Shown here: in pieces, positions 38,220-48,370 of the stretch
Position numbering within the stretch: position 1 is the stretch's first letter
Layout: every line of letters begins with the position of its first letter
Source: Dehalococcoidia bacterium
Lineage (GTDB): Bacteria > Chloroflexota > Dehalococcoidia > UBA2979
Length of the DNA: 64,000 nt
Direction of reading: 5' to 3'
Assembly (NCBI GenBank): GCA_050250415.1
Contig: JBFWOO010000001.1
Span: forward strand, 84,096 to 148,095
Made by a program: the position numbers and the translations under genes
Notes under the pieces: generated by a model
The model's input: only the letters and a program-made list of their open reading frames with translations
What the model was told of the DNA's origin: nothing
Databases searched by the model: none

Positions 38220-38273
38220 CGTGAGAAGGAACCGCCGCCCGCGTGCCGGACGGCGGGGGAGCGGCGGAAGCGG

Positions 38274-39686
38274 CTAGGCGAGGACGGCCTCGACGAGTGC
38301 CGGGACCTGGAGGTGGTGGGCCGTCTCACGCTGGAAGGCGTCGCCCACCTGGAAGACCGTCGCCTCCTCGAACGCCTTGCCCACGATCTGCATCGAGAGC
38401 GGCAGACCGTCATCGGTGAAGCCGATCGGCGTCGCCATCGCCGGCAGGCCGAGGAGGTTCCACGGCGCGCTGAACACCGGCCACTGCATGAACGACTGCA
38501 CGCCCAGCCCGCGCAGCCGTGGCGCGCCGACGCCCGCGGTGAGCATGACGAGGACGTCGTAGGGCGCCATCAGCTCGGCGACCTTCGCGCGGATGAAGGA
38601 GCGGAAGCGCTGCGCCTGCACGTAGTCCGCGGCGGAGAGGTAGGCGCCCTGCGACACCGCCTTGTTCGTGTGCTCGCCGAACGCCTCCCACTGGGCCGCG
38701 AGGTCCATCGCGTGGTAGGAGTTGGACTCCGCGCGCATCGTCACCGTGTTCGCGAAGCGCATCTCCTCGTAGTACGGCAGCTCGACCTCCTCGACGGTGG
38801 CGCCGGCCTGCTCGAACCACGAGACGGCCGCGTCGAACGCCGCGACGGCGCTCGGCAACGTGCGCGGGTCGCCCGTGTGGTGCGCCCGCTCCACGCCGAT
38901 GCGCAGGCCGCGCACGCTGCCACCCAGCGCCGCGAGGTAGTCCGGCACGGCGACATCTGCGCAGGTGGCGTCCGTCGCGTCGTAGCCGGCCATGACCTGC
39001 AGCATCGCCGCGGCGTCGCGGACGGAGCGGGTCATGGGGCCGATGTGGTCCAGGCTGTAGCCCAGCGGGGCGCACCCGGACTTCGGCACGAGGCCGTGCG
39101 TCTGCTTCATCCCGGTGATCCCGCAGAACGCGGCAGGGATGCGGACGGAGCCGCCCGTGTCCGTGCCCAGCGCCCCGAGGAAGAGACCGGCGGCGACGCC
39201 GGCTCCACTGCCGGAGGAGGAGCCGCCCGGCCACGTCTCCGGGTTCCACGGGTTCCTCGGCACGGGGAATGGCTTGGAGGCGTCCGGCATGCCGATCGCG
39301 AACTCCATCGTCGAGGTCTTGCCGACGATGACGGCGCCAGCCTCGCGCAGGCGCGCGACGACGGGCGCGTCGCGGCCCTCGCCCCACGCGGGGTCGAGGA
39401 CCATCGACTGTGCGGTCGTCGGTGCGTCCTTCGTCGCGATGATGTCCTTCACGCCGATCGGAATGCCCTGGAGCGGGCCCCGGTCGACGCCGGCAGCGAA
39501 GTCGGCGTCGGCCTGGCGCGCGGCGGCGAGGGCGGCCTCGGTCGTGCGCGTGATGAACACGCCGAGCCGGCCATCGAGGAAGTCGGCGCGCTCGAGGCAG
39601 GCCTCGGTGAGCGCGAGCGAGGTGAGGCGGCCGGCGCGGATCGCCGCGCCGGCCTCAGTGATCGTGAGCGGGAGGTCGTCCATCAT
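38274..39686 (-). CDS. Amidase-signature enzyme
   Basis: GVKD; GGSSSGS; GTDTGGSVRIP. Confidence 0.92.
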   Translation of the reverse strand: MMDDLPLTITEAGAAIRAGRLTSLALTEACLERADFLDGRLGVFITRTTEAALAAARQADADFAAGVDRGPLQGIPIGVKDIIATKDAPTTAQSMVLDPAWGEGRDAPVVARLREAGAVIVGKTSTMEFAIGMPDASKPFPVPRNPWNPETWPGGSSSGSGAGVAAGLFLGALGTDTGGSVRIPAAFCGITGMKQTHGLVPKSGCAPLGYSLDHIGPMTRSVRDAAAMLQVMAGYDATDATCADVAVPDYLAALGGSVRGLRIGVERAHHTGDPRTLPSAVAAFDAAVSWFEQAGATVEEVELPYYEEMRFANTVTMRAESNSYHAMDLAAQWEAFGEHTNKAVSQGAYLSAADYVQAQRFRSFIRAKVAELMAPYDVLVMLTAGVGAPRLRGLGVQSFMQWPVFSAPWNLLGLPAMATPIGFTDDGLPLSMQIVGKAFEEATVFQVGDAFQRETAHHLQVPALVEAVLA

Positions 39687-39704
39687 CTCCTCGTTTCGCG
39701 CGGG

Positions 39705-41111
39705 CTAGGCGGGGGCGCCGACGGCGACCCGCGGGACCTGGAGGTGGTAGTCCGTCACCTGCTGGTACGCGTGGCCGACGCGGAACAGGAGCGCCTCCGA
39801 GAACGGCGCGCCCACGATCTGCGTCGAGAGCGGCAGTCCCTCGCTCGAAAAGCCCGAAGGGATCGCCAGGCCCGGGTAGCCGGTCAGGTTGAAGGGGCCG
39901 GTGTAGGACGGCTGGAGCATGCGCCTGGTCATGTCCATGTTCGCCGTCGGGGTCGCCGGCTCGATGATCGTCGGCGTGATGAGCACGTCGACCTGGGCCA
40001 TCACCTTCGCGGCTTCCTTCGCGAACCAGGAGCGGAACCGCTGCGCCTGCACATAGTCCGTGGCCGAGTAGAGCGCGCCGCGCGCGATCATGTTGCGGAC
40101 GCCGCGCCCGTAGTCCGTCCAGCGCGAGGCCATGTCCATGCGGTGGTAGGAGAACGCCTCCGCGATCATCGTGAGGGTGTTCGCCTCCTTCGCGAGGGCG
40201 ACCTTCGGCAGGTGTACCTCCACGATCTCGGCGCCCAGCTCCTTGAGTTGCGCGATCACGGCCTCCGACGAGGCCTTCTGCTCCGGGTGCAGCATCTCGT
40301 GGTCGAAGAAGTACTCGGTGGAGACGCCGACTTTGAGGCCCTTCACGCCGCCCTCGATGCCGGCCAGGTAGTCCTCCGCCGGGGTGGCGGCGGCGGTCAC
40401 GTCGCGCGGGTCGTAGCCGGCGATGACGTTGAGGATCGCGGCGCAGTCCCACGCCGATCGCGCCATCGGGCCGATGGAGTCGAGCGTGTAGCCGAGCGGC
40501 GCGCAGCCCCACTTCGGCACGCGGCCGTAGGTGACCTTCAGGCCGGTGTGGCCGCAGTAGGCCGCCGGGAAGCGGACGGAGCCGCCCGTGTCGGTGCCGA
40601 TGCCGCCGAGCACCATGCCGGTGGCCACGGCGATGCCGGTGCCAGAGGACGAGCCGCCCGGGGTCCGATCCAGCCCCCACGGGTTCCGGGGGATCGGGAA
40701 GGGTTTCTCAGGGTCCGGCTGGCCGAGCGCGAACTCGGAGAGCACGAGCTTGCCGGTGAGCGCCGCGCCGGCCGCGCGGACGCGCTCCGTGGTCACGGAG
40801 TCGTACCCCTCGCCCCACCCGGGGTCGAGGACCAGGGAGTTCGCCGTCGTCGGCGCGTCCTTCGTCGCGAGGATGTCCTTGAGCGCGAATGGGATGCCCT
40901 GCAGCGGGCCGCGGTCGACGCCGGCGGCGAAGTCGGCGTCCGCCTGCTTCGCCGCGGTGAGCGCGATCTCGTCAGTGACGACGATGAACGCGCCGACGGT
41001 GCCATTCAACTCGTGGATGGTCTTGAGGGAGGCCTCGGTCAGCTCGACGCTGCTGACGGCGCCGCTGCGCAGCGCCGCCGCGGCCTCCTGGATGGTCTGC
41101 GGAAGGGTCAT
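39705..41111 (-). CDS. Amidase-signature enzyme, paralog of 38274-39686
   Basis: ALKD; GGSSSGT; GTDTGGSVRFP; shared ADADFAAGVDRGPLQGIP and VLDP.WGEG blocks. Confidence 0.92.
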   Translation of the reverse strand: MTLPQTIQEAAAALRSGAVSSVELTEASLKTIHELNGTVGAFIVVTDEIALTAAKQADADFAAGVDRGPLQGIPFALKDILATKDAPTTANSLVLDPGWGEGYDSVTTERVRAAGAALTGKLVLSEFALGQPDPEKPFPIPRNPWGLDRTPGGSSSGTGIAVATGMVLGGIGTDTGGSVRFPAAYCGHTGLKVTYGRVPKWGCAPLGYTLDSIGPMARSAWDCAAILNVIAGYDPRDVTAAATPAEDYLAGIEGGVKGLKVGVSTEYFFDHEMLHPEQKASSEAVIAQLKELGAEIVEVHLPKVALAKEANTLTMIAEAFSYHRMDMASRWTDYGRGVRNMIARGALYSATDYVQAQRFRSWFAKEAAKVMAQVDVLITPTIIEPATPTANMDMTRRMLQPSYTGPFNLTGYPGLAIPSGFSSEGLPLSTQIVGAPFSEALLFRVGHAYQQVTDYHLQVPRVAVGAPA

Positions 41112-41152
41112 GGTGTCCTCGAGTCTGCGCGGGGGTCGGAGTGGCGCGGCGG

Positions 41153-41350
41153 CTACTTCGCCGGCGAGACGGGCGTGAAGATCAGCGCCGGCTCCTCGTA
41201 GCGGACTTCCTCGATGTAGAGGCTGTCGGCGCCGGCCCGGAGCATCGGGTACGCCTTCACGAAGCCCTCGAACTCCTCGTCGCTGCAGGTGATGCCGGCA
41301 GCTTCGAGCATCCCCCTCACGGTGGCGGTCACATCGGTCGGCTCAGGCAT
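41153..41350 (-). CDS. 65-aa GatC/AtzG-like amidase partner
   Basis: GGAGG RBS; ends ...EEPALIFTP; directly precedes the amidases. Confidence 0.65.
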   Translation of the reverse strand: MPEPTDVTATVRGMLEAAGITCSDEEFEGFVKAYPMLRAGADSLYIEEVRYEEPALIFTPVSPAK

Positions 41351-41438
41351 GGTGTCCCTCCTCGCCGGGAACGCCCGTGGCGTCCCGGCAGCGATTGCGT
41401 GTGGACTGGCGCGGTCAGCGCCACGCGGAGGCGGAGGC

Positions 41439-42521
41439 CTACGCGCGGGCGAGGACCGGGAGCTCCTTCATCGGCTGCACGGATCCCTCTGAGTAGAGAT
41501 GGCAGGCGACGCGGTGACCGCCCTCCGCCTCCACCATCTCCGGCCGCTTCTCCGCGCAGACATCCATCGCGTACGGACAGCGCGTCCGGAAGCGACAGCC
41601 GGAGGGCGGGCTGAGCGGACTGGGGATCTCGCCCTCCAGCGGCGGGATGCCCTCGAGGGCGGCCTCGTCGCCGGGGAGCTTCGGGATCGAGGCGAGCAGC
41701 GCGCGCGTGTAGGGGTGCAGCGGGTTGGCGTACAGCTTCTCGGACGACGTGATCTCGACGGCCTGGCCGAGGTACATCACGAGCACGGAGTCGCTCATGT
41801 ACTGCACGACGTTGAGGTCGTGGCTGATGAAGAGGTAGGTCAACTCGAGCTCCGACTGGAGGTCCTTGAGCAGGTTGAGCACCTGCGCCTGGACCGACTT
41901 GTCGAGCGCGGACACGGCCTCGTCGCAGACGACCAGCTTCGGGGAGAGCGCGAGGGCGCGGGCGATGTTCACGCGCTGGCGCTGGCCGCCCGACATCTGG
42001 TGCGGGTAGTACGAGGCGTGGTTGCCGTGGAGGCCGACCTGCTCGAGGAGCCACTGGGTGCGCTCGCGGCGCTCGTGCCTCGACATCCCGTGCACCTTCA
42101 TCGGGAACGAGATGATCTCCCCGATGGAAGCGCGCGGGTTCAGGGCGGAGTGCGGATCCTGGAACACCATCTGCATGTTCCGACGCAGCTCGCGGTCCTC
42201 CTCGGGCGTGCGGGGGGACTCGCGGACATCGGTGATGTTGCGGCCCTCGAAGAGCACGTCGCCCTGGTCGAGGCTCAGCAGGCCGAGGATGAGCCGGGCG
42301 GCCGTGGACTTGCCACAGCCGGACTCGCCCACGATGCCGAGCGTGGTGCCGCGTTTCACCGAGAACGAGAGCCCGTCCACGGCGGAGACGTAGGCCTTCG
42401 AGAACGGCCCGGTGCGGACCGGGAACGTCTTCGAGACGTTCTTCGCCTCGAGCAGCGGCGGGGTGCCGCCCCGGCCCTCGGCGGTCATCGCGGCGTCGAT
42501 CGGTCGTTCGGTCGTCGTCAT
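41439..42521 (-). CDS. Dpp/Opp-family ABC ATPase (DppF-like)
   Basis: GESGCGKST; SGGQRQR; HPYT; CRFRTRC. Confidence 0.93.
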   Translation of the reverse strand: MTTTERPIDAAMTAEGRGGTPPLLEAKNVSKTFPVRTGPFSKAYVSAVDGLSFSVKRGTTLGIVGESGCGKSTAARLILGLLSLDQGDVLFEGRNITDVRESPRTPEEDRELRRNMQMVFQDPHSALNPRASIGEIISFPMKVHGMSRHERRERTQWLLEQVGLHGNHASYYPHQMSGGQRQRVNIARALALSPKLVVCDEAVSALDKSVQAQVLNLLKDLQSELELTYLFISHDLNVVQYMSDSVLVMYLGQAVEITSSEKLYANPLHPYTRALLASIPKLPGDEAALEGIPPLEGEIPSPLSPPSGCRFRTRCPYAMDVCAEKRPEMVEAEGGHRVACHLYSEGSVQPMKELPVLARA

Positions 42522-42531
42522 GTCGCGGCTC

Positions 42532-43431
42532 CTAACCCTTGACGTCCAGGGAGTCGCGGATGGCGTCCGCGAGCATGTTGAACGAGATGGACGTGAGGAA
42601 GATGAAGAGGCCCGGCAGCGCCGCCACCCACGGGTTCACGTAGATGGTTCCGCGCAGCGCGTTGAGCATGAAGCCCCACTCCGGCGCTGGCGGCGAGACG
42701 CCAAGGCCGAGGAAGGAGAGGCTGGCGGCGATCACGATCGAGAGGCCGACCAGGCCGGAGGCGTAGACGAAGATCGGGCTGAAGATGTTGGCGAGGATCT
42801 GCGTCCGGATGATCGTCGGGGTGCTGGCGCCGGTGAGGCGGGCTGCCTCGATGAACTCGGAGACGCGCACCCGGCGCGTGGCCGCCTCCGCCACGCGGGC
42901 GAGCGGGGCGATGTAGACCACGGTCATCGCGATGATCACGTTCGTGAGTCCCGGGCCGAGCGAGGCCGACACGGCGATCGCGAGGAGCACCGTGGGGAAG
43001 GCGTAGAACATGTCCATCGTCCGCATGATCACCGCGGCCACCCACCCGCCGAGGTAGCCCGAGAGCGACCCGAGCGCGGTGCCGATCACGGTGGCGATCA
43101 CGACCGGGACGAGTCCGGCCACCAGCGACAGGCGTCCGCCGTAGAAGAGGCGGGTGAGCATGTCGCGGCCCTGCTCGTCCGTGCCGAGCACGTGGCCGGC
43201 GGATCCGATCGGCAGGAGGCGCTCAGAGGCGGTGCCCACCGTTGGGTCGTAGTTCGTGAGGACCGGCGCGAAGACGGCCGTGAGCGCGAGCAGCGCGAGG
43301 ACGCTCAACGCCGCGAGCCCGATCTTGCTCCGCATGAAGCGGCGGCGCGCTGCCTGAAGGTAGGACTCCGGTTCCGCCGGGACGTCCCGGTCCTTCCACT
43401 TCGCCGCGATCGATCCGGCTGCTGTCGTCAT
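42532..43431 (-). CDS. Dpp/Opp-family permease (DppC-like)
   Basis: HVLGTDEQGRD; FIEAARLTGA; SFLGLG. Confidence 0.93.
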   Translation of the reverse strand: MTTAAGSIAAKWKDRDVPAEPESYLQAARRRFMRSKIGLAALSVLALLALTAVFAPVLTNYDPTVGTASERLLPIGSAGHVLGTDEQGRDMLTRLFYGGRLSLVAGLVPVVIATVIGTALGSLSGYLGGWVAAVIMRTMDMFYAFPTVLLAIAVSASLGPGLTNVIIAMTVVYIAPLARVAEAATRRVRVSEFIEAARLTGASTPTIIRTQILANIFSPIFVYASGLVGLSIVIAASLSFLGLGVSPPAPEWGFMLNALRGTIYVNPWVAALPGLFIFLTSISFNMLADAIRDSLDVKG

Positions 43432-43476
43432 CTGATCCTCCGGTGGTGACTGGCGTGTCGGGTGAGCTCGAGCGGG

Positions 43477-44421
43477 CTACGCGGCGCGCTTCATCCGCGG
43501 GTCGAACGTGGCCTGCAGGAGGTCCACGGCGAGGTTGAGCAGGACGAAGGTGACGGCGATGACCAGCGTGGTCGCCTGGACCACCAGCAGGTCGCGCGCG
43601 GTGATGGCGTTGAACACGAGCTGGCCGAGGCCGGGCCACGAGAAGATCGTCTCGATGAGCACCGAGCCGCCGAGCAGGTAGCCGACCTGGAGGCCGGACG
43701 TGGTCAGCACCGGTGAGATCGCGTTCTTGCCGACGTGCACGAGGACCTGCCACTCCTTGAGGCCCTTCGCCCGCAGGAGCTCGACGAACTCGGCCTGGTA
43801 GGTCTCGACGATCGAGGCGCGCGCGACGCGTGCGGTGATCGCGATGGTGATCAGCGACCCTGCGAGCACGGGCATCACGAGATGCTTGGCGTACTCCACG
43901 ATCCCTTCGCTGAACGACGCCACGCCGCCGGCCGGCAGCACCTGGAGCTGCGCCGAGAAGATGATGAGGAGCAGGATCGCGATCCAGAACGACGGCACGC
44001 TGAGGCCGACGATCGCGGCGCCCGTCACGGTGCGGTCGATCCACGTGCCGCGGTAGACGCCGGCGATGGTGCCGGCCGCGATCCCGAGCGAGAGCCCGAA
44101 GACCGCGGAGACGCCCGCGAGGACGGCGGTGTTCTGCCACGCGCTGCCGATGAGCTCGGCGACCTCGCGGCGGCGGAACGGCGAGTAGCCGAAGTCGCCG
44201 GTGAGCATGTCGCCCATCCACGAGGCGTACCGGACGGGGAGCGGCTGGTCGAGGCCGAGCTCCTGCTCGAGTCGGGTGCGGTCCTCGGGCGTCGCGTCAG
44301 GGGCGAGTAGCCCCGCGAGTGGGTCGCCCGGGAGGATCGAGAGCAGGAGCCAGATCATGAGCGATACGCCCAGCAGGGTGGGGACGGCCATGCCGAGTCG
44401 ACGGAGCGTGAGCGTGAGCAT
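43477..44421 (-). CDS. Dpp/Opp-family permease (DppB-like)
   Basis: LGLDQP; RAKGL; ETIFSWPGLG. Confidence 0.93.
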   Translation of the reverse strand: MLTLTLRRLGMAVPTLLGVSLMIWLLLSILPGDPLAGLLAPDATPEDRTRLEQELGLDQPLPVRYASWMGDMLTGDFGYSPFRRREVAELIGSAWQNTAVLAGVSAVFGLSLGIAAGTIAGVYRGTWIDRTVTGAAIVGLSVPSFWIAILLLIIFSAQLQVLPAGGVASFSEGIVEYAKHLVMPVLAGSLITIAITARVARASIVETYQAEFVELLRAKGLKEWQVLVHVGKNAISPVLTTSGLQVGYLLGGSVLIETIFSWPGLGQLVFNAITARDLLVVQATTLVIAVTFVLLNLAVDLLQATFDPRMKRAA

Positions 44422-44462
44422 GGGTTACCTCTGATTCGTCGTGCGTCGGGTGCGCCCGATGG

Positions 44463-45560
44463 CTAGCGGGCGCCGTTCGCGCTGGTCGTGGCGGAGGCGG
44501 TCGCGGCGGCCGACGACGTCGTGGCGTCCGCGGCGACGACCGGGCAGCGGAGGTCGTGCCGGGGGAGGAACTCGACGAGCTCGGGCATCCCCTGCCAGCA
44601 GCTGTCCTTCGCCATCGAGCAGCGCGGGGCGAACGAGCACCCCGGCGGGAGGTTGGCCAGGTTCGGCGGCGAACCGGGGATGGCGAGGGGGCGGTCGTGC
44701 TGGCCCGGCCGGACGTTCGCACCGAGGAGGCCGCGCGTGTACGGGTGCTGCGGGTTGCGGACGATCTCGTCGACGGTCCCGCGCTCGACGACGCGGCCGG
44801 CGTACATGACGGCGATGTCGTCCGCGATCTCGGCGGCGACGGAGAGGTCGTGCGTCACGAAGATCACGCCCATCCCCAGCCGGTCCTTCAGGTCGCGGAA
44901 GAGGTCGAGCACGCGTGCCTGGACGGTCACGTCGAGCGCGGTCGTCGGCTCGTCCGCCAGCAGGAGGCTGGGGTTCGAGACGAGGGCGAGGGCGATGACG
45001 ATGCGCTGACGCATGCCGCCTGAGAGCTCGAACGGGTAGGCCTTGAGACGCCGCTCCGGCGAAGGGATCTGGACGAGGTTCAGCAGCTCCATCGCGCGGT
45101 CGACGGCTTCGGTCTTCGTGAGGTCCTCGTGGCGGCGGATGGTCTCGACGAGCTGCTGCTCGACGGTGAACACCGGGTCGAGCGCGGTCATCGGGTCCTG
45201 GAACACCATCGAGACCCACGAGCCGCGGATCTCGGTGCGCTCCGCCGGGGACATGGCGACGAGGTCGCGCCCGCGGAGGACGACCTCGCCGGAGATGCGT
45301 GCGTGCTTCGGCTGCAGGCCGAGGATCGTGCGGAGCATCGCGCTCTTGCCCGAGCCGGACTCGCCGAGGACGCCGAGCACGCGGCCGGCCTCCAGCTCGT
45401 ACGAGACGTGGTTCACGGCCGTGAGCCAGCCGTTCTTCGTCGGGAACTGCGTGACGAGGTCCTTCACCTGGAGGAGCGGACCCGCGTCTCCGGCCTCCGC
45501 CACGGGCGAGGGAACCGCAGTCGCGCGCTCGCCAGGTCGTCGAGGGGTGAACACAGCCAT
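44463..45560 (-). CDS. Dpp/Opp-family ABC ATPase (DppD-like)
   Basis: GESGSGKS; LSGGMRQR; DEPTTALD; ATG 45560 with AGGAG RBS. Confidence 0.93.
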   Translation of the reverse strand: MAVFTPRRPGERATAVPSPVAEAGDAGPLLQVKDLVTQFPTKNGWLTAVNHVSYELEAGRVLGVLGESGSGKSAMLRTILGLQPKHARISGEVVLRGRDLVAMSPAERTEIRGSWVSMVFQDPMTALDPVFTVEQQLVETIRRHEDLTKTEAVDRAMELLNLVQIPSPERRLKAYPFELSGGMRQRIVIALALVSNPSLLLADEPTTALDVTVQARVLDLFRDLKDRLGMGVIFVTHDLSVAAEIADDIAVMYAGRVVERGTVDEIVRNPQHPYTRGLLGANVRPGQHDRPLAIPGSPPNLANLPPGCSFAPRCSMAKDSCWQGMPELVEFLPRHDLRCPVVAADATTSSAAATASATTSANGAR

Positions 45561-45854
45561 GGGCGTCTCCTTCGCGGCAGACGTTAGGAAGGCCGCGTGA
45601 CGCACCAATGACTCGGAGGTGAATGGTGAGTGACGCAACTGCTGCGGCGTGTTTTCCGCTTCGGGTCAGGCGTGTTTCATGGGGCGCCGGCGCAGCGGGA
45701 GCGCTGCGCGCCCGAATTGTGTTCGACACGAATCAGACAACGCTGGGTCACGGAGGCTTCATCGACGCGTCACTCCGGTGCAAAGCGCGCTTCGTAGCGT
45801 GACGGCCTGTTGATCGTCGCGAGACCGCGGCGACAGGGAACCGGAGGACTGAAC

Positions 45855-47519
45855 TTGGCGAAGAGATGGCTACGGGCGGTGCCACTCTTCTCGCTCGTGC
45901 TGCTGATGGCGATCATGGTCGCCTGCGGCTCGAGCGAGGAGACCGAAGGCGGCGACGAAGCCGAGGGCTCGGCGACGACGAGCTCCGGCGAGGCGGCTGC
46001 CGAGGGCGGATCGGGCGGCGTCCTGCGGATCGGCATGACCGCCGGCAACCTGCCCTTCCCGAACACCCCCCCGAACGAGGGCTTCGAGGGCCGGCGGTTC
46101 GTCGGCTACCAGATCTACGACGCGCTCTACTCGTACGACTTGTACCAGGGCGACCACGTGCCGACGCCGCAGCTGAACCTCGCGGAGTCCGTGGAGATCT
46201 CGGACGACCAGCTGACCTGGACGTTCAAGCTGCGCCAGGACGTGGTCTTCCACGACGGGACGACGTTCGACGCGGAGGACGTGATCTTCAACTTCCGCCG
46301 CGTGCGCGACCCTGAGTTCGAGTACTACGACGCGACCCTGGCCGGCGCCGCCGGATCGGCGTTCGCGACGATCGCGTCGTGGGAGATGATCGACCAGTAC
46401 ACGGTGGCGGTCACGACCGTTCGCCCGAACGCGTTCCTGCCGTACGACCTGGTCTACATCTACTTTGCCAGCCCCGAGGTGGTGATGGAGTTCGGCAACG
46501 ACGACTACATCAACCACGCGACCGGCACCGGCCCGTTCAAGATGACCGAGTACATCGACGGCCAGGTGATGGAGCTGACGGCCAACGAGGAGTACTTCAA
46601 GGGCCGCCCGAAGCTGGACCAGATCATCCTCTACCCGATGCCGGAGCCGGCGACGCGACTCGCCGCGCTGCAGTCGGGTGACATCGACTGGGCCGAGCTG
46701 CCGCCGCCGGACTCGGTGCAGCAGCTGGAGTCTCAGGGCTTCCAGGTCTCGCTGAAGAACTACCCGCACATCATCGCGTACTACGTGAACATGGCGACCA
46801 GCGAGCCGCTGAAGGACCTCCGCGTCCGCCAGGCGCTGGCGTACGCCGCGGACCGCGAGGGCGTCTCGACGCTCGTCAACAACGTGGGTGAGCCGATCCA
46901 CCAGTACTTCGTCGAAGGCTCCTCCTGGTACGACCCGGAGTGGGAGGGCTACGACTACGACCCGGAGCAGGCGAAGCAGCTGCTGGCGGAGGCCGGCTAC
47001 GCGGACGGCCTGACGCTGACGCTGGCCTACCCCACCGGTGGTTCCGGCAACATGTTCCCGGGGCCGATGAACGAGAAGCTGAAGCAGGACTTCGCCGCCG
47101 TGGGCATCACCCTGGAGCTGGTCCCGCTGGAGTGGAACAACATCATCACGGCCTACCGCGAGGGCTTCGCGAACCCGAGCTGGTCGCAGTACGACCTGCT
47201 CTACTTCTCGAACGCTCCGCTCGCGCCGACCTTCGCCCGCGTGTTCGTGTCGGACTACATCCAGCCGAACGGCTGCTGCAACCCGATGAACTACTCCAAC
47301 CCGGAGGTGGACGCGCTCTACAAGGAGGCGGAGGCGACGTTCGACGTGGAGGCGCAGAACGCCCTCCTCGCGCAGGTCCAGTCGATCGCGATGAAGGACG
47401 TCGCGGCGTTCGGCACGATCACGGACCTCAACCTGCGCGTGATGTCGCCGGACGTGAAGGGCTTCGTCCAGTCGCAGTCATGGTTCCTGGACCTGACGCA
47501 GATCTGGATGGAAGAGTAG
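45855..47519 (+). CDS. Family 5 ABC substrate-binding lipoprotein (DppA-like)
   Basis: Lipobox MVAC; WTFKLRQDVVFHDG; GTGPF; TTG start after GGAGG. Confidence 0.92.
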   Translation: MAKRWLRAVPLFSLVLLMAIMVACGSSEETEGGDEAEGSATTSSGEAAAEGGSGGVLRIGMTAGNLPFPNTPPNEGFEGRRFVGYQIYDALYSYDLYQGDHVPTPQLNLAESVEISDDQLTWTFKLRQDVVFHDGTTFDAEDVIFNFRRVRDPEFEYYDATLAGAAGSAFATIASWEMIDQYTVAVTTVRPNAFLPYDLVYIYFASPEVVMEFGNDDYINHATGTGPFKMTEYIDGQVMELTANEEYFKGRPKLDQIILYPMPEPATRLAALQSGDIDWAELPPPDSVQQLESQGFQVSLKNYPHIIAYYVNMATSEPLKDLRVRQALAYAADREGVSTLVNNVGEPIHQYFVEGSSWYDPEWEGYDYDPEQAKQLLAEAGYADGLTLTLAYPTGGSGNMFPGPMNEKLKQDFAAVGITLELVPLEWNNIITAYREGFANPSWSQYDLLYFSNAPLAPTFARVFVSDYIQPNGCCNPMNYSNPEVDALYKEAEATFDVEAQNALLAQVQSIAMKDVAAFGTITDLNLRVMSPDVKGFVQSQSWFLDLTQIWMEE

Positions 47520-47547
47520 CGGTCGCCTGACCGCCGCTCGACACGAC

Positions 47548-47575
47548 GAGGGGGCTGCCCTGCGGCAGCCCCCTC
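47548..47575 (+). terminator. Hairpin after the substrate-binding protein gene
   Basis: GAGGGGGCTGCC-CTGC-GGCAGCCCCCTC. Confidence 0.55.
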
Positions 47576-47659
47576 TGCACGTCCCCGGCCGCCGAGGTCC
47601 GCCGGCCGTCCACCCCCCGTCGTCCACCCCCCGTCCGCCGACGCGCTACGCTCGATGCC

Positions 47660-48370
47660 ATGACCACGGCCATGACCACGCCCGATGCCGTCGGCCGTCT
47701 CGTCTCCGTCGACTGTCTCGTCGCCGGCGGGGTGCCGTACGAGCCGGCGCTCGACTGGCAGCGCGGACGCGTCGCGGCCGTGCGGGACGGCGGCCGCGAG
47801 GCGCTCGCGCTCATCGAGCACGAGCCCGTCTACACCATGGGGCGTCGCGGGGGCCGGGCGTCGATGCGCCTGGACGCTGCGGCGATGCCGGCGCCGGTCA
47901 TCGACATCGAACGTGGCGGCGACGTCACCTGGCACGGTCCCGGCCAACTCGTCGGCTACCCAATCCTCGACCTTCGAGCACGCGGCCTGCGCGCCGCCGA
48001 CTATGTGCGATCGCTCGAGGAGGTGCTGGTCGCCGTCCTCGATGGCCACGGCCTCGTGGCCGGGACCGTCCCGGGGCGGCCCGGGGTGTGGGTGGACGGT
48101 GCGAAGGTCGCCGCGATCGGCGTCGCCATCCGCGGTGGGGTCTCGTTCCACGGCTTCGCATTGAACGTCGCACCCGACCTCGCCTGGTACGACGCGATCG
48201 TCCCCTGCGGGCTGACCGACGCGCGCGTGACGTCGATGGCCGAGCTCATCGGCACGGCGCCGGCGATGCCGGAAGTCGTCGCGGCGGTGTCGGAGGCGTT
48301 CGAGGCGCGGTTAGCCGCGCGGCTCGAGCAGGCCAGCCCGCGCGCGCTCCTCGGGCGGGTGGTGGCGTGA
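47660..48370 (+). CDS. lipB: Octanoyltransferase
   Basis: EHEPVYTMG; RGGDVTWHGPGQLVGYP; IVPCG. Confidence 0.95.
   Translation: MTTAMTTPDAVGRLVSVDCLVAGGVPYEPALDWQRGRVAAVRDGGREALALIEHEPVYTMGRRGGRASMRLDAAAMPAPVIDIERGGDVTWHGPGQLVGYPILDLRARGLRAADYVRSLEEVLVAVLDGHGLVAGTVPGRPGVWVDGAKVAAIGVAIRGGVSFHGFALNVAPDLAWYDAIVPCGLTDARVTSMAELIGTAPAMPEVVAAVSEAFEARLAARLEQASPRALLGRVVA

Noticed and set aside
33060-41111. Calling the amidases gatA
   Set aside because: No gatB, three copies, catabolic context
34764-41201. Very long antisense ORFs (34764-38165, 38202-41201; also 27974-30586, 32361-34559, 58237-60417)
   Set aside because: Shadow frames opposite well-supported genes, expected at high GC; no motifs
47607-47634. 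14-bp direct repeat CGTCCACCCCCCGT x2 upstream of lipB
   Set aside because: Two low-complexity copies with no evidence of function
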